From an uncultured delta proteobacterium (GTDB lineage: Bacteria; Myxococcota; Kuafuiibacteriia; Kuafuiibacteriales; Kuafuiibacteriaceae): 64,000 bases of DNA. The notes below the pieces were generated by a model, which was not told the DNA's origin, made no database searches, and saw nothing but the letters and a program-made list of their open reading frames with translations. The position numbers and the translations under genes were made by a program. This document shows positions 1 through 9,544 of the stretch, piece by piece; within the stretch, counting starts at the first letter, position 1; every line of letters starts with the position of its first letter. Where the stretch lies: NCBI GenBank assembly GCA_963803435.1, contig CAWDML010000006.1, positions 192,001 through 256,000 of the forward strand. The letters are read 5' to 3'.

Positions 1-248
1 AACCCAGGTACGAGCAGATCGATCTCGTAACGCTTCGTGATCTCATCGAGCACATCGAGAAACTCTTCCGGTTGCTGCCGCGGCGGCGGCGTCACCAGGC
101 TCTCCTCGACGTAGCGCGAGTGGCTTCCGGGCGCCGCAGCGAACGTGTCCGAGGCGAAGACCGTCACGCCCATCTTCCCGAACTTGCGGATCTCGTCGAG
201 AACGAAGGGCATGCGTGAGCTGGTGAGCAGGACCCGGTTCACGCTCAT
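1..248 (-). CDS. ATP-grasp-like protein, N-terminal part (runs off the window)
   Basis: Manual translation from ATG at 248: MSVNRVLLTSSRMPFVLDEIRKFGKMGVTVFASDTFAAAPGSHSRYVEE...IDLLVPG, typical of a pre-ATP-grasp N-terminus. The start overlaps the upstream stop (ATGA). Confidence 0.65.
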   Translation of the reverse strand, partial: MSVNRVLLTSSRMPFVLDEIRKFGKMGVTVFASDTFAAAPGSHSRYVEESLVTPPPRQQPEEFLDVLDEITKRYEIDLLVPG

Positions 249-1246
249 GCGCGCATCTCCGCGAGCTTCTCCTTGGCGATGCGGACCGCGGCCTCGTGCG
301 TGTTGATGCGCTCGCGGTCGGCCCAATCGAACACCTGCCGGAGGAGCCCGGCGACACGATCGGCCTCCTCGACACCGAACCCCGCGCCGATGACGCCGCC
401 GGCGTTGATGACGAAGTCGGGCGCATAGAGGATGCCCCGGGCGGCGATCTGGTCCGCGTGGCGCGGCTCGACCAGCTGGTTGTTGGCGCCCCCGGCGATC
501 ACCGCGCACCTGAGACGCCCGATCGTGCGTTCGTCGAAGATCGCCCCCAGCGCGCAAGGTGCAAGCACGTCGACGTCGGCCTCGAGGATCTCCTCGGGCT
601 TCGCAGGCACGGCGCCGAGCTCCTCCACGACGCGCCGGACGGCCGCGGGATCGAGATCGGTGACCACCAGCTCGGCGCCCTCACGAGCGAGCTCTCCACA
701 CAGCATGCGGCCCACGCCGCCCACGCCCTGCACGCCGACCCGAAGACCCCGCAGACCCCGCTCGAGCCGACGCTTCACGGCCTCGGCCAACCCGACGAAT
801 ACGCCGCGACCTGTGGCGATCGTGGTGTCCTGGTGCTGGGTCATCACGTACTGCGTCGTTCGTGCGATCACCTCCATGTCGGCGGCGCCGGTACCGACGT
901 CCTCCGCCGCGATGTAGCGGCCGCCGAGGCGATCCACCGCGCGGCCGAACGCCATCAGGAGCGCCTCGGACTTGTCGTGCCGCGCATCGCCGATGATCAC
1001 CGCCTTGGCACCGCCTGCAGGCAGGCCTGCAATCGCGAGCTTGTACGTCATCGCCTTGGAGAGCCGCAGCACGTCCGTGAGCGCCTCATCGTCCGAGCCG
1101 TACGGCCACATGCGGCAGCCGCCTCCGGCCATCTGCGTCGGGCCCGCGTCGTGGATCGCGATGATCGACGACAGTCCCGCATCGGCATCGCGCACGAACA
1201 TCACCGTGTCGTGCTGGTCGAACTCAGGGTGTTGAAAGACCGCCAT
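245..1246 (-). CDS. Leu/Phe/Val dehydrogenase (ELFV family)
   Basis: Motifs GGCRM, MTYKLA, GGAKAVI, AEDVGT, GVGGVG (NAD binding), APCALG, GGANNQL, PDFVINAGGVI. Likely start MAVFQH at 1246. Confidence 0.93.
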   Translation of the reverse strand: MAVFQHPEFDQHDTVMFVRDADAGLSSIIAIHDAGPTQMAGGGCRMWPYGSDDEALTDVLRLSKAMTYKLAIAGLPAGGAKAVIIGDARHDKSEALLMAFGRAVDRLGGRYIAAEDVGTGAADMEVIARTTQYVMTQHQDTTIATGRGVFVGLAEAVKRRLERGLRGLRVGVQGVGGVGRMLCGELAREGAELVVTDLDPAAVRRVVEELGAVPAKPEEILEADVDVLAPCALGAIFDERTIGRLRCAVIAGGANNQLVEPRHADQIAARGILYAPDFVINAGGVIGAGFGVEEADRVAGLLRQVFDWADRERINTHEAAVRIAKEKLAEMRA

Positions 1247-1282
1247 GGCTCGATCACCTTCGAGCAAGCGCCGCGCCACTGC

Positions 1283-1699
1283 TCAGACGGAGGGGGGCGG
1301 GGGGCGGACGGGCGCAAACCAGTCGTCGGGATCGATGTGTCGCACGGTCTGGCCGGGCTCGACCGTCACCGGGATCGGCGCGTGATCGCGGCACTCGGTC
1401 GAGAGGCCGCACACGACCGCACGACTGAAGTGCGCGCGGTAGCCTGGGAAGTACGTCTCGGAGGTCGCGTAGACCAGGTAGGTTCCTGCGGGGACCTCGA
1501 GCCGGTAGTGAATGCCGAGCTCGGTCATCGAGAAGCGCGAGGTGCAGCGCTCGGTCGTACCGTCCGTTGTCGCCGCACAGACCGCGAGATCCGAGGGTGG
1601 AAAGCAGGCCGGGTAGTGGACGTGACCCTCGATCCGGGACGGCCGCGGTGCGGCCACCGATCCCAGGCCGAGGAGCAGGAGCGCGATCATCGCTCTCAT
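1283..1699 (-). CDS. Secreted hypothetical protein, Cys-containing beta-sandwich-like
   Basis: Signal peptide MRAMIALLLLGLG; YRLEVPAGTYLVYA and VTVEPGQTV...IDPDDW segments. Confidence 0.6.
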   Translation of the reverse strand: MRAMIALLLLGLGSVAAPRPSRIEGHVHYPACFPPSDLAVCAATTDGTTERCTSRFSMTELGIHYRLEVPAGTYLVYATSETYFPGYRAHFSRAVVCGLSTECRDHAPIPVTVEPGQTVRHIDPDDWFAPVRPPPPSV

Positions 1700-1772
1700 A
1701 CGATGACCTGCTGCATCCTGCGAGCCAGGCGTGCAGGGGGGTCGAAGTATCGGGAAGACTTACCGATCGGTA

Positions 1773-4309
1773 TCAGCGGATGACGGCGTTCGGAACGTCC
1801 GTCCCCGTGAGCGCGCGATACGAGCGCTGCAGCACCGAGACCACGAACGCCGGGTTGTGGACGCCGCCGCTGTGGTCGCTCTCGATGATCAGCAGGTTCC
1901 ACGCGGCGCGGACCACGTCGGCCTCCGCGGGCGTGGCCGTCGGGATGGCGCCCGCGGCGAAGGCGAAGCACGTCTCCGGATACTCGCTCGGGACCGTCGG
2001 ATCGCACGCCGGATCGCTGACCCCGGCGACATAGTTGCGGAGCAACCGCATTCGCCCGTGGACACCCACCAGCGTCGCAGCGCCGTCCGTATCCACGGGC
2101 CAGAGCGTCCCGGAGGTGGTGGAGATCGCATCGCCGACCAGCTGCTCGAGACCCGCGACCTCGTCTTGGATCCCAGCCACGTCGCCGTCGCCGTCGAAGT
2201 CCCCGTAGGCGACGCGGTCGATCGTCTCGAGGCCCGGGTGGCAGCTCTGGCAGGCCGTCATGTTCTCCACGCCACCCGCGCGGATGTTGAAGGTGTGACC
2301 GCCGACCTGGTGCCGCCCCGGCTGCCCTTCCGCCGGTGTCGCGGCCATGTGGCAGCCGGCGCAGGTCTCAGGGACCGTGGCGTGCGGGCTGACGGGGTAC
2401 GAGCCGAGATCGAACGTCTCCACGTTCTTGCCCAGGTAGACGTCCGCCTGGGCCGGCTGGTGCGGCGCCGATTGACCGGTGAGGGAGAAGGTCTTGCGGC
2501 TGTTGTGGCACTGCATACAGAATCGCGCCTGCACCGACACCTCGAGCGCCGAAGCCGGCGAGCGTCGAGACCGAGCCGTAGACGCGGAGCTGATGGGGAG
2601 TCGGGGAGCCGTCGGGCATCCGCGCTTCACCGTGCGGATCGTGGCAGCCGGCGCACGTCTGCGGCTCGGCCTCGTCGGGGCTGGGGGCCGGCGCGCTCTG
2701 AAGCCCGGTCTTGGCCCAGTCCGCGAAGCCCTGCGTGGAGTGGCAGCTGGCGCAGGTGCCGCGCAGCGCCGGATCGTCCGTGCCGGGCGTGACCAGACCG
2801 GTGGTGAAGCGCGCGTGTGCGGACGCCTTCCACTGGATCCCTTGCACCTGGTACGGCTCGTTGGCGTGACACTGATTGCAGTCGGCGGCGCTGAAGGACC
2901 GGCCCACGGAGATGGTCTGGACGAACGACGCGTGCTGGCTCCCCGGACCGTGGCAGGTCTCGCACCCGATGCTGGCTCGCGAGCGCAGCTCCTCGGGCAT
3001 CGACTCGTAGTTGCCGGGCTGGAGCGCGCTGGGGAAGGTCCATCCCGAGGCGCGCATCACGTCGTCGAAGCCGTTGCTGGCGGCGTCCGGGTTGAAGCCG
3101 ACCGTGTGGCACTCGATGCAGGTCTGGTTGTAGTACGGCGACATGGTGCCATCGATCTGACGCTGGAAGTACGTCGCGTGCTTGGTCTGTGACCAGGGCG
3201 TGTACTTGTCGGTGATCGTTCGGCCCGTGAGCACGAGGTCTGAGGCGTGGCAGCTCTGACATCGGGGCTGTGCGGCGCTGGTGGTCCGACTGCCGATATA
3301 CGAGGCGGCGTTCAGCGTCAGCGATCCGGCGGTGGCCTCGTCGATCCGATACAGCCCCTCGGCGACCGGGTGGAACGCAGGCGTCCGCGTGGTCTCGCCG
3401 GTGAGCACGCCGTCCGCGCACGCGGCGTCGTCAGAGAGCCGGGTGCAGGTCCAGGCGTACGCGCTCTGGGTGGGCGCGGTGAGATACGACAGCGCATCGA
3501 CCGGCACGTTGTCGAGCCCAGGGCTGCGGGCGACGCTCTGCACGGTGACCTGGGCGGTCTTGGAGAACGTGCCGGAGCGGATCGTGAGCTCGAAGACGTA
3601 GCTCGTCTCCGCTACATCGAGCCCCGTGAACCCGAGCACTGTTAGGCGCTCCGGGAGCGCCATCTCGGTGTCGCCGTCCGCGATGAGCGCCTCGAATCGA
3701 GCGCGTGGTGAACGTGGGGGCGGCGGTGTCGGCGCCGCTGAGCGTCACCACCGGACCCGACAGCTGGACCCACTCGTACTCGAACGGAACGCCGCTCGGC
3801 GCCGAGCTGGCCGAGCCGTCCAGCGTGACCTCGGCTCCGAAGCCCGCCTGCCACTGCTTCGGCCCGGCATCGGCGATGAGCGGGTTCAGCGGATCGAGGC
3901 TGAGATCCACAGCCACCACGTCGCCGAGGGCGATGACCAGCTCTGCGCCGGGGCTCGCCTCGTACCCGACCGCCGTCGCGCTCGCGGAGAACACGCCGGG
4001 CGGAAGGTCGATCTCGTAGGCGCCGTCGTCGTCCGTCAAAACGGTGAAGCTGCCGGGCGTGAACCCGACCTCGGCGCCGGCGATCGCACGGCCGGTGAGC
4101 GCGTCGGTCACGGTTCCGCCGGCACGACCGGTGGACGGACCTGCCGGGCCTTGCGGGCCTTCGGGTCCGACCTGACCGTCTGATCCGTCCGTTCCGGGAT
4201 CGCCTTGGGCTCCCGGCGCACCGGCCGGTCCTGCTGGGCCGGGGTCGCCGCTGCAGGAGAACGCGGCAAACGCGAAGAGAGTGGTGAGGGCACGATTGAG
4301 GTGACGCAT
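1773..4309 (-). CDS. Lipoprotein multiheme cytochrome c (9 CxxCH) with collagen-like, carboxypeptidase-regulatory-like and PKD/Ig-like domains; two frame breaks
   Basis: Joined from ORFs 3431-4504, 2368-3663 and 1773-2630 by removing one base at GAATC 3694-3698 and one at GAATC 2520-2524, giving about 844 aa. Lipobox-like AAFSC; 13 Gly-X-Y triplets; heme motifs CQSCH, CIECH, CETCH, CNQCH, CASCH, CAGCH, CMQCH, CAGCH, CQSCH; C-terminal GGVHNP. Confidence 0.85.
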
Positions 4310-4331
4310 GGCTCGAAGTGCCTGGCCCAGG

Positions 4332-4347
4332 AGCAAGACGGAGGCCG
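4332..4347 (-). promoter_or_regulatory. Candidate sigma54 (-24/-12) promoter for the 9-heme gene
   Basis: Minus strand CGGCCTCCGTCTTGCT = GG-N10-GC with TTGCT, about 22 nt before ATG 4309. Confidence 0.55.
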
Positions 4348-4386
4348 GATTCCAACGGCCTCGAAAGCGAAGCAGTTGCACCGTTG

Positions 4387-4417
4387 GGTAACGCCCGTGC
4401 GCCGAAGCGGTAACGCC
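4387..4417. promoter_or_regulatory. Direct repeat GGTAACGCC x2 (22-bp period), candidate activator binding site
   Basis: Perfect 9-mers at 4387-4395 and 4409-4417, between two divergent sigma54-like promoters. Confidence 0.5.
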
Positions 4418-4447
4418 TACCCGGGTGTTCTGCACTCGAGATCGCGA

Positions 4448-4463
4448 TGGCACGCAGAGTGCG
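4448..4463 (+). promoter_or_regulatory. Candidate sigma54 promoter for the decaheme gene
   Basis: TGGCACGCAGAGTGCG = TGGCAC box with GG-N10-GC spacing, about 25 nt before ATG 4489. Confidence 0.6.
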
Positions 4464-4488
4464 AGGAGGCCGCGCGAAGAGCTTCCAA

Positions 4489-6609
4489 ATGCACAAAGAA
4501 ACACTGGGTAGAGCGATCATCATCGCGGGATTCATCTCGGCCGTCGTGGGATGCGACGGCGCCATCGGGCCTACGGGTCCGGTCGGACCGGCGGGGACGG
4601 CGGGGACCGACGGCGCCGACGGGGTCGACGGATCGAAGGGCGCCGACGGTCTTCCCGGCGCACCCGGTGAGCCGGGCGAGGTCGGCGAGCAGGGGCCGGC
4701 CGGGCCGGAGGGCCAGCAAGGGCCGCCTGGCGACTCCGTGTACATCCCGCGTGACGGCTTCACGCTGGTGGTCGTCCGCGCGGACATCGATGCGGCGCGC
4801 GCCGCGGTGACGTTCCGCGCCGTCGACGAACGCGGCGCCACCATCCCCTACACCGAGCTCGATCGGGTTCGCGGCACCGTGGCGACGCTGGTGATGGCCG
4901 ACGACGGAAGCGGCATCGATCGCTGGCAGTCCTACGTGACCTGCGCCGCGTCGGCGCCCAACCAGAGCACGCGGCAGCCGTGCGTGGAGTCGATCGTCTC
5001 CGGCGCCGAGCTCTCCGGCTCCGCTGTCGAGAACGCCGACCACACGATCACATATAGGTTCAGCGCGCCGATCCCCGCCACCTTCGATCCCGCGTCGACC
5101 CACCGGGTGGCGCTGGAGGGAAGGCGCATCTTCGAGGACAAGACGCTGATCGACAACGCTCAGCTCGACGTCGTCCCCGGCGGCGGGACGCCCGCGACGC
5201 GCGAGCTGGTGACCGACGCGGCCTGCAACACGTGCCACGACGGCCTCGCGATGCACGGCGGCGGCCGCACCGAGACGGCCGGCTGCGTCACCTGCCACAC
5301 CCGCGACCTGGTCGATCCCGACAGCGGGCGGAACCTCGAGCTCTCCACGTTGATCCACAAGATCCATCGCGGCGCCGAGCTCCCCAGCGTGCTGGCCGGG
5401 GAGCCCTACGAGATCATCGGTCACGGCGTGTCCGACTTCTCCACCGTCGAGTTCCCGCAGGATGTCCGCAACTGCGAGTCGTGCCACGATCCGGCGGCCC
5501 GCGACGCGATCCGCTACGCCGACATGCCGTCGATGCAGGCCTGCGGCGCCTGCCACGATCGGACCTGGTTCGGACCGGTCGCCTCGATCCCTGCGGGCTG
5601 GACGGCGCACATCGGGAACCCACAGACGGACAACCTGCTGTGCGGTAGCTGCCACACGGCCACCAGCCCCGGCCTGTCACCGATCATCGATCGCCACCTG
5701 CTCCCGCGAGACGTCCCGGGTGCACCGACGTTCGCAGCCACCATCACCAGCGTGGCGGCCGCGCCGGGCGTCGCCCCCCAGGTCAACTTCGAGCTCAACG
5801 ATCGGAGCGGCAACCCGATCACGTCGACCACCGCGCTCAGCAGCCTCACGTTCATGGCGGCGGGACCGACCACCGACTACGCCACCACCATCCGCAACTC
5901 GGCCCTGGGCGGCAGCGGCGTCGGCACCCTCACGCACTCGGGCGGATCGTCGTACACGTACCGGTTCGCGAGCGCGCTCCCGATCGATGCGTCGGGAAGC
6001 TGGGGCATCGGGATCGAGGGCTATCGCAACGGCGTGCTCCCCGACGGGAGCACGTTCCGTCACGGCACGGTGAACCCGGTCGCCTTCGCCTCGCTCAGCG
6101 GCGGCACCCCGTCTCCCCGACGGGTCGTGGTCGCGAACGCGAAGTGCAACGCCTGCCACGAGGAGCTCTCCGCCCACGGCAACAACCGCGTCGGCGAGGT
6201 CCAGTACTGCGTCATGTGCCACAACCCGACGGCGACCGACGCCGCGCGGCGCCCGCCCAGCGCGTTCCCGGCGGAGCCCATCGACTTCAAGGTCATGATC
6301 CACAAGCTGCACCGCGGCGAAGAGCTGCCGAGCGTGGCAGAGGGCCGCCCGTACATCATCTACGGCTACGGCAACTCGGCGAACGACTTCGGCGAGGTCC
6401 GGTTCCCGGCCGACACCGCCAAGTGCAGCGTCTGCCACGAGAGCGGGACGTACCTGACGCCGTCGGCCGCGGTCTGCACCTCGTGTCACGACGGGTCGGC
6501 GACGCTGGCGCACGCCGAGCTCAACACCACCGGATCGGGCGTGGAGTCCTGCGCCGTCTGCCACGGGCCGGATCGCGAGTTCAGCGTCGAGCTGTCCCAC
6601 CCCGAGTGA
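4489..6609 (+). CDS. OmcA/MtrC-family decaheme c-type cytochrome lipoprotein with N-terminal collagen-like stalk
   Basis: Lipobox VVGC; 20 Gly-X-Y triplets; 10 CxxCH in two groups of 5 separated by a beta-rich domain; HGGGR/HGNNR and IHKIH/IHKLH motifs. Confidence 0.92.
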   Translation: MHKETLGRAIIIAGFISAVVGCDGAIGPTGPVGPAGTAGTDGADGVDGSKGADGLPGAPGEPGEVGEQGPAGPEGQQGPPGDSVYIPRDGFTLVVVRADIDAARAAVTFRAVDERGATIPYTELDRVRGTVATLVMADDGSGIDRWQSYVTCAASAPNQSTRQPCVESIVSGAELSGSAVENADHTITYRFSAPIPATFDPASTHRVALEGRRIFEDKTLIDNAQLDVVPGGGTPATRELVTDAACNTCHDGLAMHGGGRTETAGCVTCHTRDLVDPDSGRNLELSTLIHKIHRGAELPSVLAGEPYEIIGHGVSDFSTVEFPQDVRNCESCHDPAARDAIRYADMPSMQACGACHDRTWFGPVASIPAGWTAHIGNPQTDNLLCGSCHTATSPGLSPIIDRHLLPRDVPGAPTFAATITSVAAAPGVAPQVNFELNDRSGNPITSTTALSSLTFMAAGPTTDYATTIRNSALGGSGVGTLTHSGGSSYTYRFASALPIDASGSWGIGIEGYRNGVLPDGSTFRHGTVNPVAFASLSGGTPSPRRVVVANAKCNACHEELSAHGNNRVGEVQYCVMCHNPTATDAARRPPSAFPAEPIDFKVMIHKLHRGEELPSVAEGRPYIIYGYGNSANDFGEVRFPADTAKCSVCHESGTYLTPSAAVCTSCHDGSATLAHAELNTTGSGVESCAVCHGPDREFSVELSHPE

Positions 6610-6690
6610 GCGGCGTTCGGAGGGAGAAAGCGCGGGCCGGCTGCGTCCTCTTTGAGGCCATCGACACGGCGCTCTCCCCGCTGTGAGGGC

Positions 6691-7968
6691 TCAGGCGTCC
6701 TGAAAGGCCCCGCCCTGAAGCTCCTGGGCGAGCCGGATGACCTCGAGCTCCTTGTCGTCCCTGTTCCCGCCCTCGTGGATCTCGGCCATCTTCTCGAGCG
6801 TCGCTGGATTGAGGACCGCCAGCGCCGCTGCAGCGGCCCGACGGTTGTCCGAGTTCGAGACGTCACCCCCGCCGAGGATCGACTGCATGTGCTGGAGAAC
6901 GTCGTCGCGGTTGTGGTTGTCCTTGAGCCCGTTGGTGAGCTCTCCCGCGAGCTGGGCGGCACGCGGATCGAGCCGCACATCCTGGACGACGTTCGCCATC
7001 AGGTTGCCCATCTGATCCTCGTGGTCGGTGCCGAGCTCGGCGAGCTTGGCGCGCTGGTCGGGCGACAACGTCGCCAGCACCGAGAAGCGATCCCGCGGGC
7101 TGGCGTTGGAGAGCCGGTCGATCGTGTCCCCGTCGAGGTCGCCGTCGCTGAGCCGCTTCGTGAGGTCGGCGCTGATCCCGGCCGCTTCTTGGCTCAGACC
7201 GCCGGCCACCGCGCGGGCGCGTCCGATCACCGCCAGCTCCTTCTCGTCGGGATTCCCGCCGCTGTGGATGTCGGCCATCTTGTCGAGGTTCCCTCTGCCG
7301 AGGCGCGCCAGGACGCCGGACGCCTGCGCCGCGTGGGCCTCGTCCGCCACGTCTCCGCCGCCGAGCGTCTCCTGCATCCGCTGCAGGACGTTGTCGGAGT
7401 CGTCGCTTCCGTCCTGCTTGATGCCGTCGAGGAGCTGGCTGAACTGGCCCTGCACCAGCTCGGGGTGCGTCTGGGCGTCCTCCGCCAGCTTGGCCAGGAA
7501 CTGGCCCGACTTGGTGTCGTCCTGATCGGGGAGCTGGTCGCCGAGATTCTTCAGCTGCGCGGGGTCGAGCGTCCCGAGGACGGCGACGCGCTCGTCGGTG
7601 GACAGCGAGGTCAGGCGCTCCACGTCGTCATCGTTGATCTCGTTGCCGTCGACGCGGACGCGGAGCTCCGCGCCCAGCTCGTTCACGCGCTCGGGATCGG
7701 CGTTGAACGCGCCCGTCCTACCAGGGAGCGGCGCCGTGTTCTGGAGGAGGCGCGCCATCAGCATCTGCTCGTTGGCGCACTGCATCCGATACGCCTGGGC
7801 CGCGCTCTGACGCGTGGGAGCTCGCCCAGTGCCGCCGTCGAGCGGCGTCTGACCGAGCTGCTGAGCGAGCGTCGGATCGAGCAACGTCGATGGGTTGTTC
7901 AGCTGCGCCAGGTAGTTGAGCAGGAGGGGATTGGACGGCGGCAGCCGAAATGGATCGCGATCTCCCAT
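6691..7968 (-). CDS. Hypothetical protein with two ~160-aa tandem homologous helical domains
   Basis: 425-aa ORF; repeated blocks VLQRMQETLGGGDV / VLQHMQSILGGGDV and LDKMADIHSGGNPDEKELAVI / LEKMAEIHEGGNRDDKELEVI. Confidence 0.75.
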   Translation of the reverse strand: MGDRDPFRLPPSNPLLLNYLAQLNNPSTLLDPTLAQQLGQTPLDGGTGRAPTRQSAAQAYRMQCANEQMLMARLLQNTAPLPGRTGAFNADPERVNELGAELRVRVDGNEINDDDVERLTSLSTDERVAVLGTLDPAQLKNLGDQLPDQDDTKSGQFLAKLAEDAQTHPELVQGQFSQLLDGIKQDGSDDSDNVLQRMQETLGGGDVADEAHAAQASGVLARLGRGNLDKMADIHSGGNPDEKELAVIGRARAVAGGLSQEAAGISADLTKRLSDGDLDGDTIDRLSNASPRDRFSVLATLSPDQRAKLAELGTDHEDQMGNLMANVVQDVRLDPRAAQLAGELTNGLKDNHNRDDVLQHMQSILGGGDVSNSDNRRAAAAALAVLNPATLEKMAEIHEGGNRDDKELEVIRLAQELQGGAFQDA

Positions 7969-8016
7969 GAGGTCGCAGCTTACGGTCGATGGGTGGCATG
8001 TTCGATGACACCGGAA

Positions 8017-8382
8017 TTACACCGGCTCGAGGCCGGTCTTTTCGCGGAGCACCTGCATGAGCGCCTCGTTGTCGGCGAACGTCCCGAACGGAATGTTCCC
8101 CCACTTGCCGCCCTCGAGTTGATACGAGAGCGGCCGCATCGCCTTACCGAGCGCGCCCGCGCCCGGCGCCCACTTCAAGGCCGAGATGCTGCTCCACGGG
8201 ATGGTGCGCGTGCGGATCCAGGTGAGCTCGAGGTGATCATCACGGACGACCGCGCGCGCTTTGAGCGCGATCCACAGCATCAGCAGGGCGGCCGGGAACA
8301 TGAAGATGAGGACCGTACAGATCACGACCATCACCCAGCAAAACACCTTGAACCAGGTCGTCAGACCGAATGTCTTCTCCAT
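8017..8382 (-). CDS. Small membrane protein (two TM segments plus bacterial PH-like domain)
   Basis: Hydrophobic hairpin followed by RTIPWSSISAL-type segment; GGAG upstream. Confidence 0.65.
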   Translation of the reverse strand: MEKTFGLTTWFKVFCWVMVVICTVLIFMFPAALLMLWIALKARAVVRDDHLELTWIRTRTIPWSSISALKWAPGAGALGKAMRPLSYQLEGGKWGNIPFGTFADNEALMQVLREKTGLEPV

Positions 8383-8473
8383 CGATCACCTATGCTCCCC
8401 TGAGGGCGGATCCGCCGCCGTGATCCACTTCTCGCGTCGTGAACACGGCGGACACCGGCAGCGCGTGTGTGAT

Positions 8474-8503
8474 TGACAGTCAGCGGCCGTCCGCGGACTG
8501 TCA
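8474..8503. promoter_or_regulatory. Inverted repeat TGACAGTC-N14-GACTGTCA, candidate regulator site
   Basis: Perfect 8-bp arms at 8474-8481 and 8496-8503 with inner GCGG/CCGC pairing, in the divergent intergenic region. Confidence 0.5.
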
Positions 8504-8542
8504 GTGAGGGCATACCAGGCCGGCCCTCGTCGGCGTCGCGAG

Positions 8543-8558
8543 TGGACTCCTGCTTGCT
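8543..8558 (+). promoter_or_regulatory. Candidate sigma54 promoter for the Rieske operon
   Basis: TGGACTCCTGCTTGCT = GG-N10-GC with TTGCT; ATG at 8576. Confidence 0.45.
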
Positions 8559-8575
8559 GTGTCGAGCTTGCACCG

Positions 8576-9544
8576 ATGGACTATCCCCGTGCACCACCTC
8601 CATTCCCGGCCGGCTGGTACTGCATCGGCATCTCGCGAGCGCTGGCGGCGGGTCAGATCATCGAACGGCGCTTCATGGGACGGGACATCGTCGTCTTCCG
8701 GACGGCCGGCGGACAGGCGTGCGCAATGGACGCGTACTGCCCGCACCTCGGGGCGCACCTCGGTCGAGGGGGGCGGATCGTGGAGGAGTCGATCCGCTGT
8801 CCGTTCCATCATTTTCGCTTCGACACCGGCGGTCGATGCATCGCCACCGGTTACGGCACGCGCCCGCCCAAGTCCGGCGGCGCCCGGACCTGGCCCGTCG
8901 AGGAGCGCAACGGGATCATCCTCGCGTATCACGCCCCCGATCGATCGGCACCGACCTGGAGCGTCCCCGAGATCGATTGGCGCGGCTGGAGCCCGCTCCT
9001 GCTTCGGTCGTGGCGGATCCGCGGACACCCGCAGGAGACGACGGAGAACAGCGTCGACCTGGGGCACTTCGCCGCCGTGCACGCGTATGAGGACGTGCGC
9101 GAGGTCCGGCGCGCCGCCGTCGACGGTCCCCACCTCCACGCCGCCTACCGGATGCGGCGCAAGGTGCGGTTCGCGGGCCTGCCGATCGTCTCGCTGATCT
9201 CCGAGTTCGAGGTCCACGCGTTCGGGCTCGGCTACTCGTACGTCGAGACGCGCATGTCAGACCTCGGGATCAGCATCCGCCAGCTGATCCTCGCCTGCCC
9301 GACGGACGAGGAAGAGATCGATCTGACGGTGGCCCTCAGCGTCCAGCGGGTGGGCATGTTCGGCCCGATTCTGAACCGCGTCCTCCCGCACCTGGCGTTT
9401 CGCGAGTTCTGCCAGGACGTCCAGCAAGACTTCGCGATGTGGGCGCACAAACGCTATGTCCCGCGCCCGCTCCTCGCCGAGGGCGACGGGCCGATCGGGA
9501 CCTACCGGCGCTGGACGCCGCAGTTCTACCTGCAGGATCGATGA
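8576..9544 (+). CDS. Rieske [2Fe-2S] non-heme iron oxygenase (KshA / Neverland-DAF-36-like)
   Basis: CPHLGAHL and CPFHHFRF Rieske ligands; ENSVDLGHFAAVH iron site; C-terminal WAHKRY...GDGPIGTYRRW..QFY. Confidence 0.88.
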   Translation: MDYPRAPPPFPAGWYCIGISRALAAGQIIERRFMGRDIVVFRTAGGQACAMDAYCPHLGAHLGRGGRIVEESIRCPFHHFRFDTGGRCIATGYGTRPPKSGGARTWPVEERNGIILAYHAPDRSAPTWSVPEIDWRGWSPLLLRSWRIRGHPQETTENSVDLGHFAAVHAYEDVREVRRAAVDGPHLHAAYRMRRKVRFAGLPIVSLISEFEVHAFGLGYSYVETRMSDLGISIRQLILACPTDEEEIDLTVALSVQRVGMFGPILNRVLPHLAFREFCQDVQQDFAMWAHKRYVPRPLLAEGDGPIGTYRRWTPQFYLQDR

